Assembly (NCBI RefSeq): GCF_036963605.1
Contig: NZ_JBALUY010000002.1
Span: 961 to 64,960 of the forward strand
Direction of reading: 5' to 3'
Source of the DNA: Phenylobacterium sp.
GTDB lineage: Bacteria > Pseudomonadota > Alphaproteobacteria > Caulobacterales > Caulobacteraceae
DNA length: 64,000 bases
This document shows, piece by piece, positions 7,938 through 17,789 of the stretch. The number at the start of each line of letters is the position of its first letter. Within the stretch, counting starts at the first letter, position 1. The position numbers were made by a program, and so were the translations under genes. Under the pieces are notes generated by a model. It had not been told where the DNA came from. It saw only the letters and a program-made list of their open reading frames with translations, and did no database searches.

Positions 7938-8714
7938 TCAGCGCTTCATCACCTGGGCCAGCGCCGTGCAGGCGGCCGAGCCGATCGGCCCCTGCTCGTC
8001 ATAGAGGAAGCACTCCCCCACCGCGACGCCGTCGCTGGCGCCGTGGTTGACCACCTCGAAACCGATCCACTCGGTGGCTGGCAGCCGGTGCAGATAGACC
8101 GTCACATCGCTGTTGATATAGGCCAGCCCCTTGTCGCCGGCGTTGGCGAAGGGGCTGGCGAAGTCGGCGGCCACCGCCACACGGGTGAAGGGCGTCAGGG
8201 GCTCGCCGCCCACCAGCTCGCGCACCTCGCTCATCCAGGTCCGCTTGACGCCAACCTCGCCGAAGTCGCCGGTGATCCGCCGCATGGCCCACATGCCGCC
8301 CATGCCCATGCGCTTGTCTTCCGGCGGCGGGATGTCGGCCGGCGCCGGCACGTTCCAGTTCCCCGGCGTCCAGACAGTCCCCTCGGGGTTCTCCGTCCGG
8401 CGCAGGAACTGGCAGCTCGCCCGACCCATGCTGACGCCGCCGCTGATGAACTCGGCGTCCACCACCTTGATGCGCCGGCCCTCGCGCACCACCCGGGTGG
8501 TCACTTCCACAGGTGAGAAGTCCGGCAGGCGGTACATGTCCACGGTCAGGCGCGCGGGGATGAAATCAGGCTCCCCATGCTCGGCCTCAAGCACATGGCC
8601 CAGCAGGCCGACGATCACCCGGCCATGCAGGGACTGGGGGTTCCACGGGCCGCGGCAGGCCGGCGTCGGCAGAAAGCGGCCATCCTGCCGCTGGAAGAAG
8701 GGGTCATTTGTCAT
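7938..8714 (-). CDS. acyl-CoA thioesterase-like (hotdog fold) protein
   Basis: Starts at MTNDPFFQRQDGRFLPTPACRGPWNPQSLHGRV. Overall resemblance to TesB-like/4HBT_3 thioesterases. ATG at 8712-8714. Confidence 0.65.
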   Translation of the reverse strand: MTNDPFFQRQDGRFLPTPACRGPWNPQSLHGRVIVGLLGHVLEAEHGEPDFIPARLTVDMYRLPDFSPVEVTTRVVREGRRIKVVDAEFISGGVSMGRASCQFLRRTENPEGTVWTPGNWNVPAPADIPPPEDKRMGMGGMWAMRRITGDFGEVGVKRTWMSEVRELVGGEPLTPFTRVAVAADFASPFANAGDKGLAYINSDVTVYLHRLPATEWIGFEVVNHGASDGVAVGECFLYDEQGPIGSAACTALAQVMKR

Positions 8715-8755
8715 CGCGGCGATCCATCCCGGATTCCCACCGTGGGGGCAAGGAT

Positions 8756-9178
8756 TCAGCGCGGGATGTTGAGCTGATCGGTCTCCAGGCCTTGGAAAGT
8801 CGCCCATCCCGTCCCCAGCCCGGTCTTGGGGAGGCCCTCGGCGATGTCGTCCATGGGATTGGGATCGATCAGCCGCCCCTGGCGGTGCAGGTGGGCCTTG
8901 GCGATCATGTTGGCCGAGATCGGCGCGGTCAGGAACAGGAACAGGGTGATCAGCAACTCATGGGCCGAATAGCTCCCCTGGATCGCCGGAAAGAAGATCA
9001 TCGAGGCCACCAGCAGCGAGCCGACCCCCAGGGTCGTCACCTTGGTGGGCCCATGCAGGCGGGTCATCAGGGACGGCATCCGCGCCAGGCCCCAGGAGCC
9101 CACCAGGGCGAAGACGCCGCCGAGCACCAGCAGGGCCGAGATCAGGATTTCGAAGGGGCCGGCGTCCATCATCGTCAC
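8756..9178 (-). CDS. phaG: cation/proton antiporter subunit G (MrpG/PhaG)
   Basis: Three-TM small subunit, last gene of the operon. 4-nt overlap with phaF. Confidence 0.85.
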   Translation of the reverse strand: MTMMDAGPFEILISALLVLGGVFALVGSWGLARMPSLMTRLHGPTKVTTLGVGSLLVASMIFFPAIQGSYSAHELLITLFLFLTAPISANMIAKAHLHRQGRLIDPNPMDDIAEGLPKTGLGTGWATFQGLETDQLNIPR

Positions 9179-9444
9179 TCCACGATATCGCCGCGCAGCA
9201 GGAACTTGCAGTAAGCCACCGTGCCCACGAAGCCCACCATGGCCAGCAGCAGGGCGGCCTCGAAATAGACCGCCGAGCCCTGCTGAATCTGCATTAGCAC
9301 GATCAGGGCGATGGCGTTGATGGTCAGGGTGTCCAGCGCCAGGATCCGGTCGGCGGTGGTTGGCCCCCGGGCCAGGCGCCAGAAGTTCAGGGCCATGGCC
9401 AGCCCCACGCAGGAGATGGCGAACAGGACAGCGATCTCGATCAT
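9175..9444 (-). CDS. phaF: cation/proton antiporter subunit F (MrpF/PhaF)
   Basis: 89-aa three-TM protein. ADRILALDTLTINAIALIVL is typical of MrpF. Overlapping starts and stops. Confidence 0.85.
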   Translation of the reverse strand: MIEIAVLFAISCVGLAMALNFWRLARGPTTADRILALDTLTINAIALIVLMQIQQGSAVYFEAALLLAMVGFVGTVAYCKFLLRGDIVE

Positions 9445-9932
9445 GCGAAGATCCTCTTCAGCCGCGCCTCATAGCGGCTCTTGATCCGGTCGACCTCGCC
9501 CGCGGGGTCGGCGGTGTCCAGGGCATGGACCAGCAGGGCTCGCCCACAGGACGAGACGTCACAGGACACTGTGCCCGGCGTCATGCTGATCGTCCCGGCC
9601 AGCATGGTGATCGCCTCAGGGCTGCGCAGGTCCAGCGGCACCACCAGCCATGCCGACCGCAGATCCTTCGACCGCTTGAACAGCACGATCATGGCGATCT
9701 GGAAGCTGGCGGTGATAATGTCCCAGACTACAAGGCCCAGATAGAACCAGGTCGGCGGACCAAAGCGCAACTTCGGCCGGTCGGGCCAGAACGGGCTGGT
9801 CAGGATCGGCACGACCACGCCGACCACGACTCCCAGCACCAGACCGCCCACCGTGAGGCCGTTGGCCAGCAGCATCCAGACGATGATCAGGGTGACGGTG
9901 AGCGCCGGGTGCGGCAGCAGCTTCTTGATCAT
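9441..9932 (-). CDS. phaE: cation/proton antiporter subunit E (MrpE/PhaE)
   Basis: 163 aa. The N-terminal TM pair and the position in the operon match MrpE. Confidence 0.85.
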   Translation of the reverse strand: MIKKLLPHPALTVTLIIVWMLLANGLTVGGLVLGVVVGVVVPILTSPFWPDRPKLRFGPPTWFYLGLVVWDIITASFQIAMIVLFKRSKDLRSAWLVVPLDLRSPEAITMLAGTISMTPGTVSCDVSSCGRALLVHALDTADPAGEVDRIKSRYEARLKRIFA

Positions 9933-11455
9933 GGCGCGCCCCTCGATGGCGCCAGGACGGCGTCAGGATAGGCCTGCAGGTCATAGAGCTGCGCAGCCGT
10001 CGCATTCAGATAATCCGTCACCGGCCCGCCGGCGATGGTCAGAACGGCCAGGGCCGCCAGCAGGGCCGCCACGATCGCCGCCGAGGCGCTGGGCGCCACG
10101 GGCTCGGCCGCCTTCACCTCGCCCTCGGTGGCCGCGCTCTTCCAGAAGATCGCGCTGCCGGCCCGCGCAAAGGCCAGCATGCTGATCACCGTCGTCCCCA
10201 GGATGCCGCCCCATACCCACCAGCCGCCGGGCGATGCCCGCACCGCGTCGAGGATCAGGAGCTTGCCTGGAAAGCCCGACAGGGGCGGCAGGCCAACCAC
10301 GGCGATGGCCGCCAGGAAGAACAGGCCCGACAGAACGCCAGCCTGCGCGAACGGTGGGCTCGGGGCCAGGGTGTCCCCATAGTTTCCCCGTCGCGCGGCG
10401 ATGACGTCCACCAGCAGGAAGAGGGCCGCTGCTGAGAAGGTCGAATGCGGCAGGTAGTAGAGCGCCGCCGCCGTCGACTCCGGCGTGAACATGGCCAGGG
10501 CGCAGAGCAGCGTGCCCATGGAGCCGATCACCGAATAGGCCGCCATCTTGCGCAGGTGACGGGCGCCCAGCACGCCGATGAACCCCAGCACCAGGGTCAC
10601 CAGCGCCGCCGGGAGCAGCCATGGCGCGGGGGCCCAGGCCAGTTCGCCTGCGCCATCGCCGAAGGTGGTCGTGGTGAAACGCAGGATGCAGTAGGCGCCA
10701 ACCTTGGTCATGATCGCAAACAGCGCCGCCGTCGGCGCCGAGGTCGAGGCGTAGGTCCGCGGCAGCCAGAAGTGCAGCGGCACAAGGGCCGCCTTCAGGC
10801 CGAACACCGCCACCATCAGGAGCCCGCCGGCCAGGATCAGGGCGTGGTCGCCGGCCGGAGCCTGGGCCACCCGCTCGCCCATATGGGCCATGTTGAGCGT
10901 GCCTGTGGCGCCGTACAGCAGGCCGACGGCCACCAGGAACAGGGTCGACCCCACCAGGTTGACCACGACGTACTGCACGCCCGCCTTCAGCCGCGCCGCC
11001 CCGCCCCCATGCAGCATCAGGCCATAGGAGGCGATCAGCAGCACCTCGAAGAAGACGAACAGGTTGAACAGGTCCCCGGTGAGGAACGCCCCGTTCAAGC
11101 CCAGCAGCTGGAACTGGAACAGCGGGTGGAAGTGCCAGCCCTTTCGGTCCAGCCCGCTCACCACCGCATAGGCCATCACCGCCAGGGCCAGCAGCGCCGT
11201 GGTCACCAGCATCATGGCCGACAGCCGGTCGAGCACGAGCACGATGCCAAAGGGCGCCATCCAGTCGCCCATGGCGTAGACATCGATCTGTCCGGTGGAG
11301 GCCTGTCCCAGCAGCAGGCCGCTCACGGCCAGCAGAACCAGGCAGGCGGTCAGGGACAGGGTCCGCGACGCTATGAGCCGATGCCGCAGGAACAGCAGCA
11401 TCAACGGCGCCAGCAGGGCCGGTATCAGGATCGGCGCGACCATCCACGGGTTCAC
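9929..11455 (-). CDS. phaD: cation/proton antiporter subunit D (MrpD/PhaD, NuoN/NuoM-like)
   Basis: 508-aa polytopic protein with proton-pump-like motifs (FFEVLLIASYGL, LHFWLP). Confidence 0.9.
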   Translation of the reverse strand: MNPWMVAPILIPALLAPLMLLFLRHRLIASRTLSLTACLVLLAVSGLLLGQASTGQIDVYAMGDWMAPFGIVLVLDRLSAMMLVTTALLALAVMAYAVVSGLDRKGWHFHPLFQFQLLGLNGAFLTGDLFNLFVFFEVLLIASYGLMLHGGGAARLKAGVQYVVVNLVGSTLFLVAVGLLYGATGTLNMAHMGERVAQAPAGDHALILAGGLLMVAVFGLKAALVPLHFWLPRTYASTSAPTAALFAIMTKVGAYCILRFTTTTFGDGAGELAWAPAPWLLPAALVTLVLGFIGVLGARHLRKMAAYSVIGSMGTLLCALAMFTPESTAAALYYLPHSTFSAAALFLLVDVIAARRGNYGDTLAPSPPFAQAGVLSGLFFLAAIAVVGLPPLSGFPGKLLILDAVRASPGGWWVWGGILGTTVISMLAFARAGSAIFWKSAATEGEVKAAEPVAPSASAAIVAALLAALAVLTIAGGPVTDYLNATAAQLYDLQAYPDAVLAPSRGAP

Positions 11456-11850
11456 GGCGCCGCCTCCACGTCCCGTCGAACCGGAAGATCGGACGCAGGT
11501 CCCTCGGCGTCGGCGTCGATGTCGCCTGCCCCGTCCACCTGGTCGGTGCCGGCCTCGAGGAAGGTGCGTAGGGACAGCACCACCACCAGGGCGGTCATGC
11601 CGAACGAGATGACGATGGCGGTCAGCACCAGGGCCTGGGGCAGCGGGTCGGTATAGGCCGCCACATCCTTGCCGTAGATCGGCGGCTGGTTCACCACCAG
11701 CCGACCCGAGGCGAACAGGAAGACGTTGATGGCGTAGGACATGAAGGCCAGGCCCAGCACCACCGGGAAGGTTCGCCCGCGCAACACCAGATAGATGCCG
11801 GCCGCCGACAGCACGCCCACCGCCGAGGCCACCAGGAACTCGATGCTCAT
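11452..11850 (-). CDS. phaC: cation/proton antiporter subunit C (MrpC/PhaC, NuoK-like)
   Basis: 132 aa, three TM segments, with an acidic C-terminal tail. Operon position. Confidence 0.85.
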   Translation of the reverse strand: MSIEFLVASAVGVLSAAGIYLVLRGRTFPVVLGLAFMSYAINVFLFASGRLVVNQPPIYGKDVAAYTDPLPQALVLTAIVISFGMTALVVVLSLRTFLEAGTDQVDGAGDIDADAEGPASDLPVRRDVEAAP

Positions 11851-14711
11851 GCGCCCTCGCTTCCAGGAGTGGGCGCAGGCGGCCGGCTTGGATCGACGTC
11901 CATGGCGTACTCGCTGGGGGCCTCCTTCTCGGCCCGCCGCGCCACGCCCGACAGGTGGTGCAGGGCCAGCATCACCGCGCCGACCACCGTGAAGGCCACG
12001 CCGATGTCGAAGGCGAGCGCGCTGGACAGGCCCACATCGCCGATCAGCGGGATGGAGACATATTCATAGGCGCTCTTCAGGAAGGGCGCGCCAAGCGCCA
12101 TGGCGACGAGCCCGGTCAGGGCGGCCACCGTCACCCCAAAGCCGATCAGGGCGTGGTGGTCGGCCGGCAGCCGGCGGTTCGACCAGGCATAGCCCGAGGC
12201 CATGTACTGCATCAGCAGGGCGATGGAGACCACCAGGCCGGCGATGAAGCCGCCGCCGGGCTCATTGTGGCCGCGCAGGAAGATGTAGAGGCCGACCACC
12301 GAGGCGAGCGGCAGCAGCAGCCGGGTGGCCACCACCAGCATCATCGGATGACGCTCGGGGCTGCGCCGCTGGTCCGGCTCCCAGTTGGCCAGCCGCTGGC
12401 CCGAGGCGCCGCGGTCGGCGGTCTCCAGCAGGGCGAAGATGGTCAGGGCCGCAATGCCCAGGACGATGATCTCGCCGAAGGTGTCGAAGCCGCGGAAGTC
12501 CACCAGGATCACATTGACCACATTGGTGCCGCCGCCGCCGGAATAGGAATTGGCCCAGTGGAACTCAGAGATCGACGGCGGCCCATCCCGGCGCAGCAGC
12601 GCCCAGGTGGCGCCGGCCATGCCCAGGCCGCCGAGGGTCGCCAGAACCCCGTCGCGGGTGCGGCGCGCCGGGCTGCTCTCCACCGGGGTCGTCTTGGGCA
12701 TCAGGTTGAGCGCCAGCAGCAGCAGCAGGATGGTCACCACCTCCACCGAGATCTGGGTCAGGGCGAGATCCGGCGCCGACAGATAGACAAAGCCCAGAGA
12801 GACGATCGAGCCGATCACGCTGATGAAGATCAGCGCCAGATAGCGCTGCCGATGGCCCAGCACCACGGCGGCGGTTCCGCCGATCAGCAGCGCCCAGCCG
12901 ATAATCGCCGCCCCGGGCGCGGCCAGCGTCGGGCGTAGCCCCTCCACATGGGGGGCGCTCAGGAAGCCGGCCGCCGCAGCCAGGATGGCGGCGCCCAGGA
13001 TGATCGCGAGGTAGCGCTGCAGGGAGCCGTTGTGCAGCCCCTCGGTCGCATCGCGCGCGCCGCCTGCGCCGGCCGCCACCGTCCTGTCGAACAGGCTCTT
13101 GGCCTCCGGCAGGCCGACAGCCGTCCAGATCCGCGCGACATGCCGGTGCAGGGCCAACAGGATGGCGCCGCCGACGATCGCCGCCAGGCTCATGGCGAAC
13201 GGAACATTGAAGCCGTGCCACAGGGCCAGGTGCTTCTCGCCGGCCGCGCCTCCGGTCACCGCGGCGGCCACGGCGTTGACCAGCGGCCCGGCCACCAGGG
13301 CTGGCGCCAGGCCGATGGCCACCGCCAGGATCACCAGCACGGCCGAGGGCGCCCACATGCCGAACGGCGCGTCATGAGGCTTGGCGGGATAGCTCTCGCG
13401 CTTAGGCCCGAAATAGACGCCGACCACATAGCGGAAGGCGTAGGCGGCCGAGAACAGGATGCCGACCATCACCATCGCCGGGATCAGCCAGGGCAGGCCG
13501 AAGGCCGAGCTGTGGACCGCCTCCTCCAGCATCATCTCCTTGGAAATGAAGCCGTTCAGCGGCGGGATCCCCGCCATGGCCGCCCCGGCCAGCACCGCCA
13601 GGGTCGCGGCGATGGGCATCAGGGTGACGAGGCCGCCCAGCTTGCGCAGGTCCCGGGTGCCGGCCTCGTGGTCGACGATGCCGGCGTTCATGAACAGGGC
13701 CGCCTTGAAGGTGGCGTGGTTGATGATGTGGAAGACGCCCGCCACCGCCGCGGCCGGCGTGCCGAGGCCAAACAGGAAGGTCAGCATGCCAAGGTGGCTG
13801 ATGGTCGAATAGGCCAGCAGGCCTTTCAGGTCGTCCTTGAACAGGGCGACGACAGCGGCGAACACCATGGTCACCAGGCCAACCCCGCCCACCAGATAGA
13901 ACCAGGCCTCCGTCCCCGACAGCGCCGGCCAAAGGCGGGCCAGCAGGAAGACGCCGGCCTTCACCATGGTCGCCGAGTGCAGATAGGCGCTGACCGGCGT
14001 TGGCGCGGCCATGGCGTGGGGCAGCCAGAAGTGGAACGGGAACTGGGCCGACTTGGTGAAGCAGCCGCCCAGGATCAGCAGCAGGGCCGGCAGGTACATG
14101 GGCGAGGCCTGGATGGCCGCGCCGCTCTGCAGGATGACGCTCAGATCATAGGAGCCGGCGATCTGGCCCAGGATCAGCAGGCCGCCGATCAGCGACAGCC
14201 CGCCCATTCCGGTGATCGTCAGGGCCATGCGGGCGCCCTGGCGTCCCTCCGGCAAATGGCGCCAGTAGCCGATCAGCAGGAAGGACGAGAGGCTGGTCAG
14301 CTCCCAGAAGATCAGCAGCAGCAGGATGTTGTCCGACAGGACGATGCCGACCATCGCCCCCTGGAACAGCAGCAGGAAGGCGAAGAAGCGCCCCATGGGA
14401 TCGCTCTTGGCCAGATAGAACCGGGCATAGATGATCACCAGCAGGCCAATGCCCAGGATCATCCCGGCGAACATCAGGCCCAGCGCATCGAGGAAGAAGT
14501 TGAGGTTCAGGCCGAGCGTCGGGAACCAGGCGATCCTCGTGCTCACCACCTCCCCGGCCATCACCTGGGGGGCGAGGCTCAACAGCAGGACGAGGGCGCT
14601 CGCCGTCACGAGCCCTGTAGCCAGCGCACAGGCGTTGCGGCCAAGGCGGATGGTCAGCGCCGGCGCGAGCGCGCCGATGAACGGCAGTAGGGCGATCCAC
14701 GCCAGGGTCAA
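11847..14711 (-). CDS. phaA: fused cation/proton antiporter subunits A and B (PhaAB/MrpAB)
   Basis: 954-aa polytopic protein. NuoL-like N-terminal part (HFWLPHAMAAPTPVSAYLHSATMVKAG) plus an MrpB-like C-terminal part, as in the Sinorhizobium pha operon. Confidence 0.9.
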   Translation of the reverse strand: MTLAWIALLPFIGALAPALTIRLGRNACALATGLVTASALVLLLSLAPQVMAGEVVSTRIAWFPTLGLNLNFFLDALGLMFAGMILGIGLLVIIYARFYLAKSDPMGRFFAFLLLFQGAMVGIVLSDNILLLLIFWELTSLSSFLLIGYWRHLPEGRQGARMALTITGMGGLSLIGGLLILGQIAGSYDLSVILQSGAAIQASPMYLPALLLILGGCFTKSAQFPFHFWLPHAMAAPTPVSAYLHSATMVKAGVFLLARLWPALSGTEAWFYLVGGVGLVTMVFAAVVALFKDDLKGLLAYSTISHLGMLTFLFGLGTPAAAVAGVFHIINHATFKAALFMNAGIVDHEAGTRDLRKLGGLVTLMPIAATLAVLAGAAMAGIPPLNGFISKEMMLEEAVHSSAFGLPWLIPAMVMVGILFSAAYAFRYVVGVYFGPKRESYPAKPHDAPFGMWAPSAVLVILAVAIGLAPALVAGPLVNAVAAAVTGGAAGEKHLALWHGFNVPFAMSLAAIVGGAILLALHRHVARIWTAVGLPEAKSLFDRTVAAGAGGARDATEGLHNGSLQRYLAIILGAAILAAAAGFLSAPHVEGLRPTLAAPGAAIIGWALLIGGTAAVVLGHRQRYLALIFISVIGSIVSLGFVYLSAPDLALTQISVEVVTILLLLLALNLMPKTTPVESSPARRTRDGVLATLGGLGMAGATWALLRRDGPPSISEFHWANSYSGGGGTNVVNVILVDFRGFDTFGEIIVLGIAALTIFALLETADRGASGQRLANWEPDQRRSPERHPMMLVVATRLLLPLASVVGLYIFLRGHNEPGGGFIAGLVVSIALLMQYMASGYAWSNRRLPADHHALIGFGVTVAALTGLVAMALGAPFLKSAYEYVSIPLIGDVGLSSALAFDIGVAFTVVGAVMLALHHLSGVARRAEKEAPSEYAMDVDPSRPPAPTPGSEGA

Positions 14712-14830
14712 AATGGCCCTCGAGCTGAAGTCGTCGGTAGGGGAAGGCGCTCATCAATAGCGGCGCCGCGCCGCAGCCCCAATGAAATTCGCGTTATTGC
14801 AGAGCTGTCGGCTCCGCCAGACGCCCCGCC

Positions 14831-15100
14831 TTAGCGGCGACGGAACTGCGGACGCTGGCCGCCGCCCATGCGCGGGCCTTCAGTCTTGTGGCGATAGGTG
14901 ATGCGGCCCTTTTCCAGGTCGTAGGGCGTCATCTCCACCGTGACCCGGTCGCCGACCAGCGAACGGATGCGGTTCCGCTTCATGCGGCCGGCCGTATAGG
15001 CGAGAATGGTGTGTTCATTGTCCAGCTGCACCCGGAACCGGCCCTCGGGCAGCAGTTCGGTGATCACGCCTTCGAACTCGATGAACTCTTCTTTGGACAT
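14831..15100 (-). CDS. infA: translation initiation factor IF-1 with a basic C-terminal extension
   Basis: [72 protein letters not shown] is an S1-like IF-1 core, followed by 17 extra residues [17 protein letters not shown]. Confidence 0.9.
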   Translation of the reverse strand: MSKEEFIEFEGVITELLPEGRFRVQLDNEHTILAYTAGRMKRNRIRSLVGDRVTVEMTPYDLEKGRITYRHKTEGPRMGGGQRPQFRRR

Positions 15101-15430
15101 ACGTATCGTCTCCTGCTGGCCGCCGACGCCCGGCGTGTCGGCCCCCAGGCCGCGCCCCGACCATCAGAAGGGGCTAGTTCAGGTCTGCGCCCCAAAGAGC
15201 GGCGCCATGCGGTCCAGACGCGCCAACGGCCCCGCTCTGCCCCGGCGAACCGATGCATCTGAGGGGCGCTTGTGAGGCGAGCTTCAATCGAACCGCGCAG
15301 ATGAAAGACCTGGGTCGAGCGTCGCGCGACGAAATGTCGAGACCTGATAGGTAGGCTTACAGGGGCCAAATGTCCAGCCAGGACCGCTCCGCCTGCCCCC
15401 TGCCGGCGATTCTCCGCTAGAGAGGCGGCC

Positions 15431-16612
15431 ATGGAACCCAACTATGATGTGGTCGTGGCCGGCGCCGGCGCAGCCGGCATGATGTGCGCGGCCCAGGCCG
15501 GCCAGCGCGGCCGCAAGGTGCTGATCCTCGACCACGCCAAGGCGCCGGGGGAAAAGATCCGCATCTCCGGCGGCGGCCGCTGCAACTTCACCAACATCAA
15601 CACCACGCCGAACAACTTCCTGTCGGAGAATCCGCGCTTCTGCATCTCGGCCCTGCGGCGCTATCGGCCCAAGGACTTCATCGCCCTGGTGGACCGCTAT
15701 GGAATCGCCCACCACGAGAAGACCCTGGGCCAGCTCTTCTGCGACGGCTCGGCGCGCCAGATCATCGACATGCTGCTTGCCGAGATGGCCAAGGGCGGGG
15801 TCGAGCTGCGCCTGCAGACCAAGATCGACGCCATCGCCCGCACCGAAACCGGCTTCGCCCTGACCGTTGGGGGCCAGACCATCACCTGCCAGAGCCTGGT
15901 CATCGCCACCGGCGGCAAGTCGATCCCGAAGATGGGGGCCACCGGCTTCGGCTATGAGGTGGCCCGGCAGTTCGGCCTGCGGGTCACCGAGACGCGCCCG
16001 GCTCTGGTCCCGCTGACCTTCGAGGCCTCGCTGCTGGAGCGCACCTCCCCCCTGGCTGGTGTCGCCGTCGAAGCGACCGTGGCCGCTGGCAAGACCCGGT
16101 TCAATGAGGCCCTGCTGTTCACCCACCGGGGCCTGAGCGGCCCGGCCATCCTCCAGGCCTCATCCTACTGGCGCGAAGGCCAGGAGATCGCCGTCGACCT
16201 GGCGCCGGGCCAGGACGTCTACGCCCACCTCCGCGCCGCCCGCACCAGCCGCGCCAAGGCCGCGCCCGCCACCATCCTGGCCGAACTCCTGCCCAAGCGC
16301 CTGGCCCAGTTCCTCACCGAAACCCACGCGCCGAGGGGCAATATGGCCGATCAGTCCGACAAGGTGCTGCGCCCCCTGGCCGAGGCGGTGAACGCCTGGC
16401 GGGTCAAGCCCGTCGGCTCCGAAGGCTACCGCACCGCCGAGGTCACCCTGGGCGGCGTCGACACCGCCGAACTCGACTCCCGCACCCTGGCCGCCAAGAA
16501 CGTCCCCGGCCTCTACTTCATCGGCGAGGTCGTCGACGTCACCGGCTGGCTCGGCGGCTACAACTTCCAATGGGCCTGGGCCTCGGGCTGGAGCGCGGGG
16601 CAATCGGTTTAG
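15431..16612 (+). CDS. NAD(P)/FAD-dependent oxidoreductase, HI0933/YhiN (BaiN-like) family
   Basis: YDVVVAGAGAAGMMCA dinucleotide-binding motif, ISGGGRCNFTN, and the C-terminal GEVVDVTGWLGGYNFQWAWASG signature of this family. Confidence 0.88.
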   Translation: MEPNYDVVVAGAGAAGMMCAAQAGQRGRKVLILDHAKAPGEKIRISGGGRCNFTNINTTPNNFLSENPRFCISALRRYRPKDFIALVDRYGIAHHEKTLGQLFCDGSARQIIDMLLAEMAKGGVELRLQTKIDAIARTETGFALTVGGQTITCQSLVIATGGKSIPKMGATGFGYEVARQFGLRVTETRPALVPLTFEASLLERTSPLAGVAVEATVAAGKTRFNEALLFTHRGLSGPAILQASSYWREGQEIAVDLAPGQDVYAHLRAARTSRAKAAPATILAELLPKRLAQFLTETHAPRGNMADQSDKVLRPLAEAVNAWRVKPVGSEGYRTAEVTLGGVDTAELDSRTLAAKNVPGLYFIGEVVDVTGWLGGYNFQWAWASGWSAGQSV

Positions 16613-16829
16613 GCCCTTCACAGGCTCAAGGCCGCAAGCCCTTGTGCAACGCCCGGAGCGAACGTCGTTAACCGGTTTCCGCGAGACGCGGGCCTAGGGA
16701 GCTTGGCGCCAGCAGGGAGCATCCTTGGAGAGCCTGGAGGCGGACATTTAGCTGGGATGGCCAGGGCAAGCAGTGAAGATCAGGACACGCCGCGAGCCCC
16801 CTAGCTAAGGCAGCAGTGGCTCCGCATAC

Positions 16830-17666
16830 TTGAGCATGACCGAGCCAATCCCCCCCAAACCTCTAATCAGTCCCAGCGACATGCATGTCGTCGAGCGCGT
16901 GCTTAACATGAATACGGGCTACGTTCTTGACTTCAGCGACAAAACTTTTGATCAGTTTATCGCGCATGAGCTTGGGATTGACGCAACAGCACCGAGGTAT
17001 TCCCTTGACGGAGGATCGAAGGCGAAGCGCCTGCGGCGGATTCTCCACTCTCTTGCCGCTGGGCAACAAGCTCAATTGCTACGCGCATTGCTTAAACATC
17101 GAGATAGCGCGGTGCGCAGCGACGCACCTGGCATCTTGGACGACGAGTGGCGGAAATCCTATGACGCGATTATTGGAGCTCTAGAGCAGCAGGTCACCGA
17201 TGCAGACCAGACCTATGATGCGAGTGCGTGGACCGGTCGTAGGACAATTCGGGAGCAAGTCGCAATCGTTCGCGGCGTTGCACCAGTAGCCTTAAGAGAA
17301 ATCGATTCTCTAGCCTCGATCATCGAAAGCAAGAGGTTCAACGATCCGGTTACAGCGGACGCCGTACAGTGCCTGCGTGAACTGCATGGGCAGCTCGGCG
17401 AACTCATCGCAGCCATCGATCGCGGGGCCATGACCCGTCAGGCAGTCGAAGCGATCGAGAAGAATCGCCAGAGGCTTACTAACTACATGGCGGAAGGCGC
17501 AAAATTGGCCGTCGTCGCGCCGACCATGACTTTCGGTGTCATGCACATTCTGGCTTGGATCACAGGAGTCCCGATCGATAGCACCATGGTGTCCACAGTC
17601 TTCGGTACGATCGTCGGTGCCGACGCGCTCAAGTCGTTCAACAAGAAATCCAGTCTCGCTCGATAG
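16830..17666 (+). CDS. orphan hypothetical protein with a hydrophobic C-terminus, in an AT-richer islet
   Basis: 278-aa ORF. N-terminus GYVLDFSDKTFDQFIAHELGIDATAPRYSLDGGSKAKRLRRIL, a helical middle, and C-terminal hydrophobic segments LAVVAPTMTFGVMHILAWITGV and MVSTVFGTIVGADAL. TTG start per the track. Confidence 0.6.
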   Translation: MSMTEPIPPKPLISPSDMHVVERVLNMNTGYVLDFSDKTFDQFIAHELGIDATAPRYSLDGGSKAKRLRRILHSLAAGQQAQLLRALLKHRDSAVRSDAPGILDDEWRKSYDAIIGALEQQVTDADQTYDASAWTGRRTIREQVAIVRGVAPVALREIDSLASIIESKRFNDPVTADAVQCLRELHGQLGELIAAIDRGAMTRQAVEAIEKNRQRLTNYMAEGAKLAVVAPTMTFGVMHILAWITGVPIDSTMVSTVFGTIVGADALKSFNKKSSLAR

Positions 17667-17789
17667 GAGCAGGTCTGGGCGAAGTGTCAGCGGCACACCG
17701 CTGCCTCGGCAGGCTGGGTAGCGCGCTCGGCAGCAGACCCACCAAAGGTCTTCTACGAGCCCACCCCGATCCGCCGCCGGCTCACAGCC

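Noticed and set aside
12948-14690. 580-aa plus-strand ORF, plus the other plus-strand ORFs across 9360-14760
   Set aside because: Antisense or alternative frames of the pha/mrp membrane-protein genes. They are Arg/Gly/His/Gln-rich low-complexity translations. The minus-strand frames give coherent polytopic proteins with 4-nt coupled junctions.
15101-15430. Possible ncRNA (tmRNA/6S-like) in the 330-nt infA upstream region
   Set aside because: I could not recognise any conserved RNA motif or convincing structure by eye. It is left unannotated; an Rfam scan would decide.
16613-16829. Possible tRNA fragment or att site bordering the AT-richer islet
   Set aside because: No cloverleaf-compatible sequence, and no direct repeat matching the other border (17667-17789), could be found by eye.
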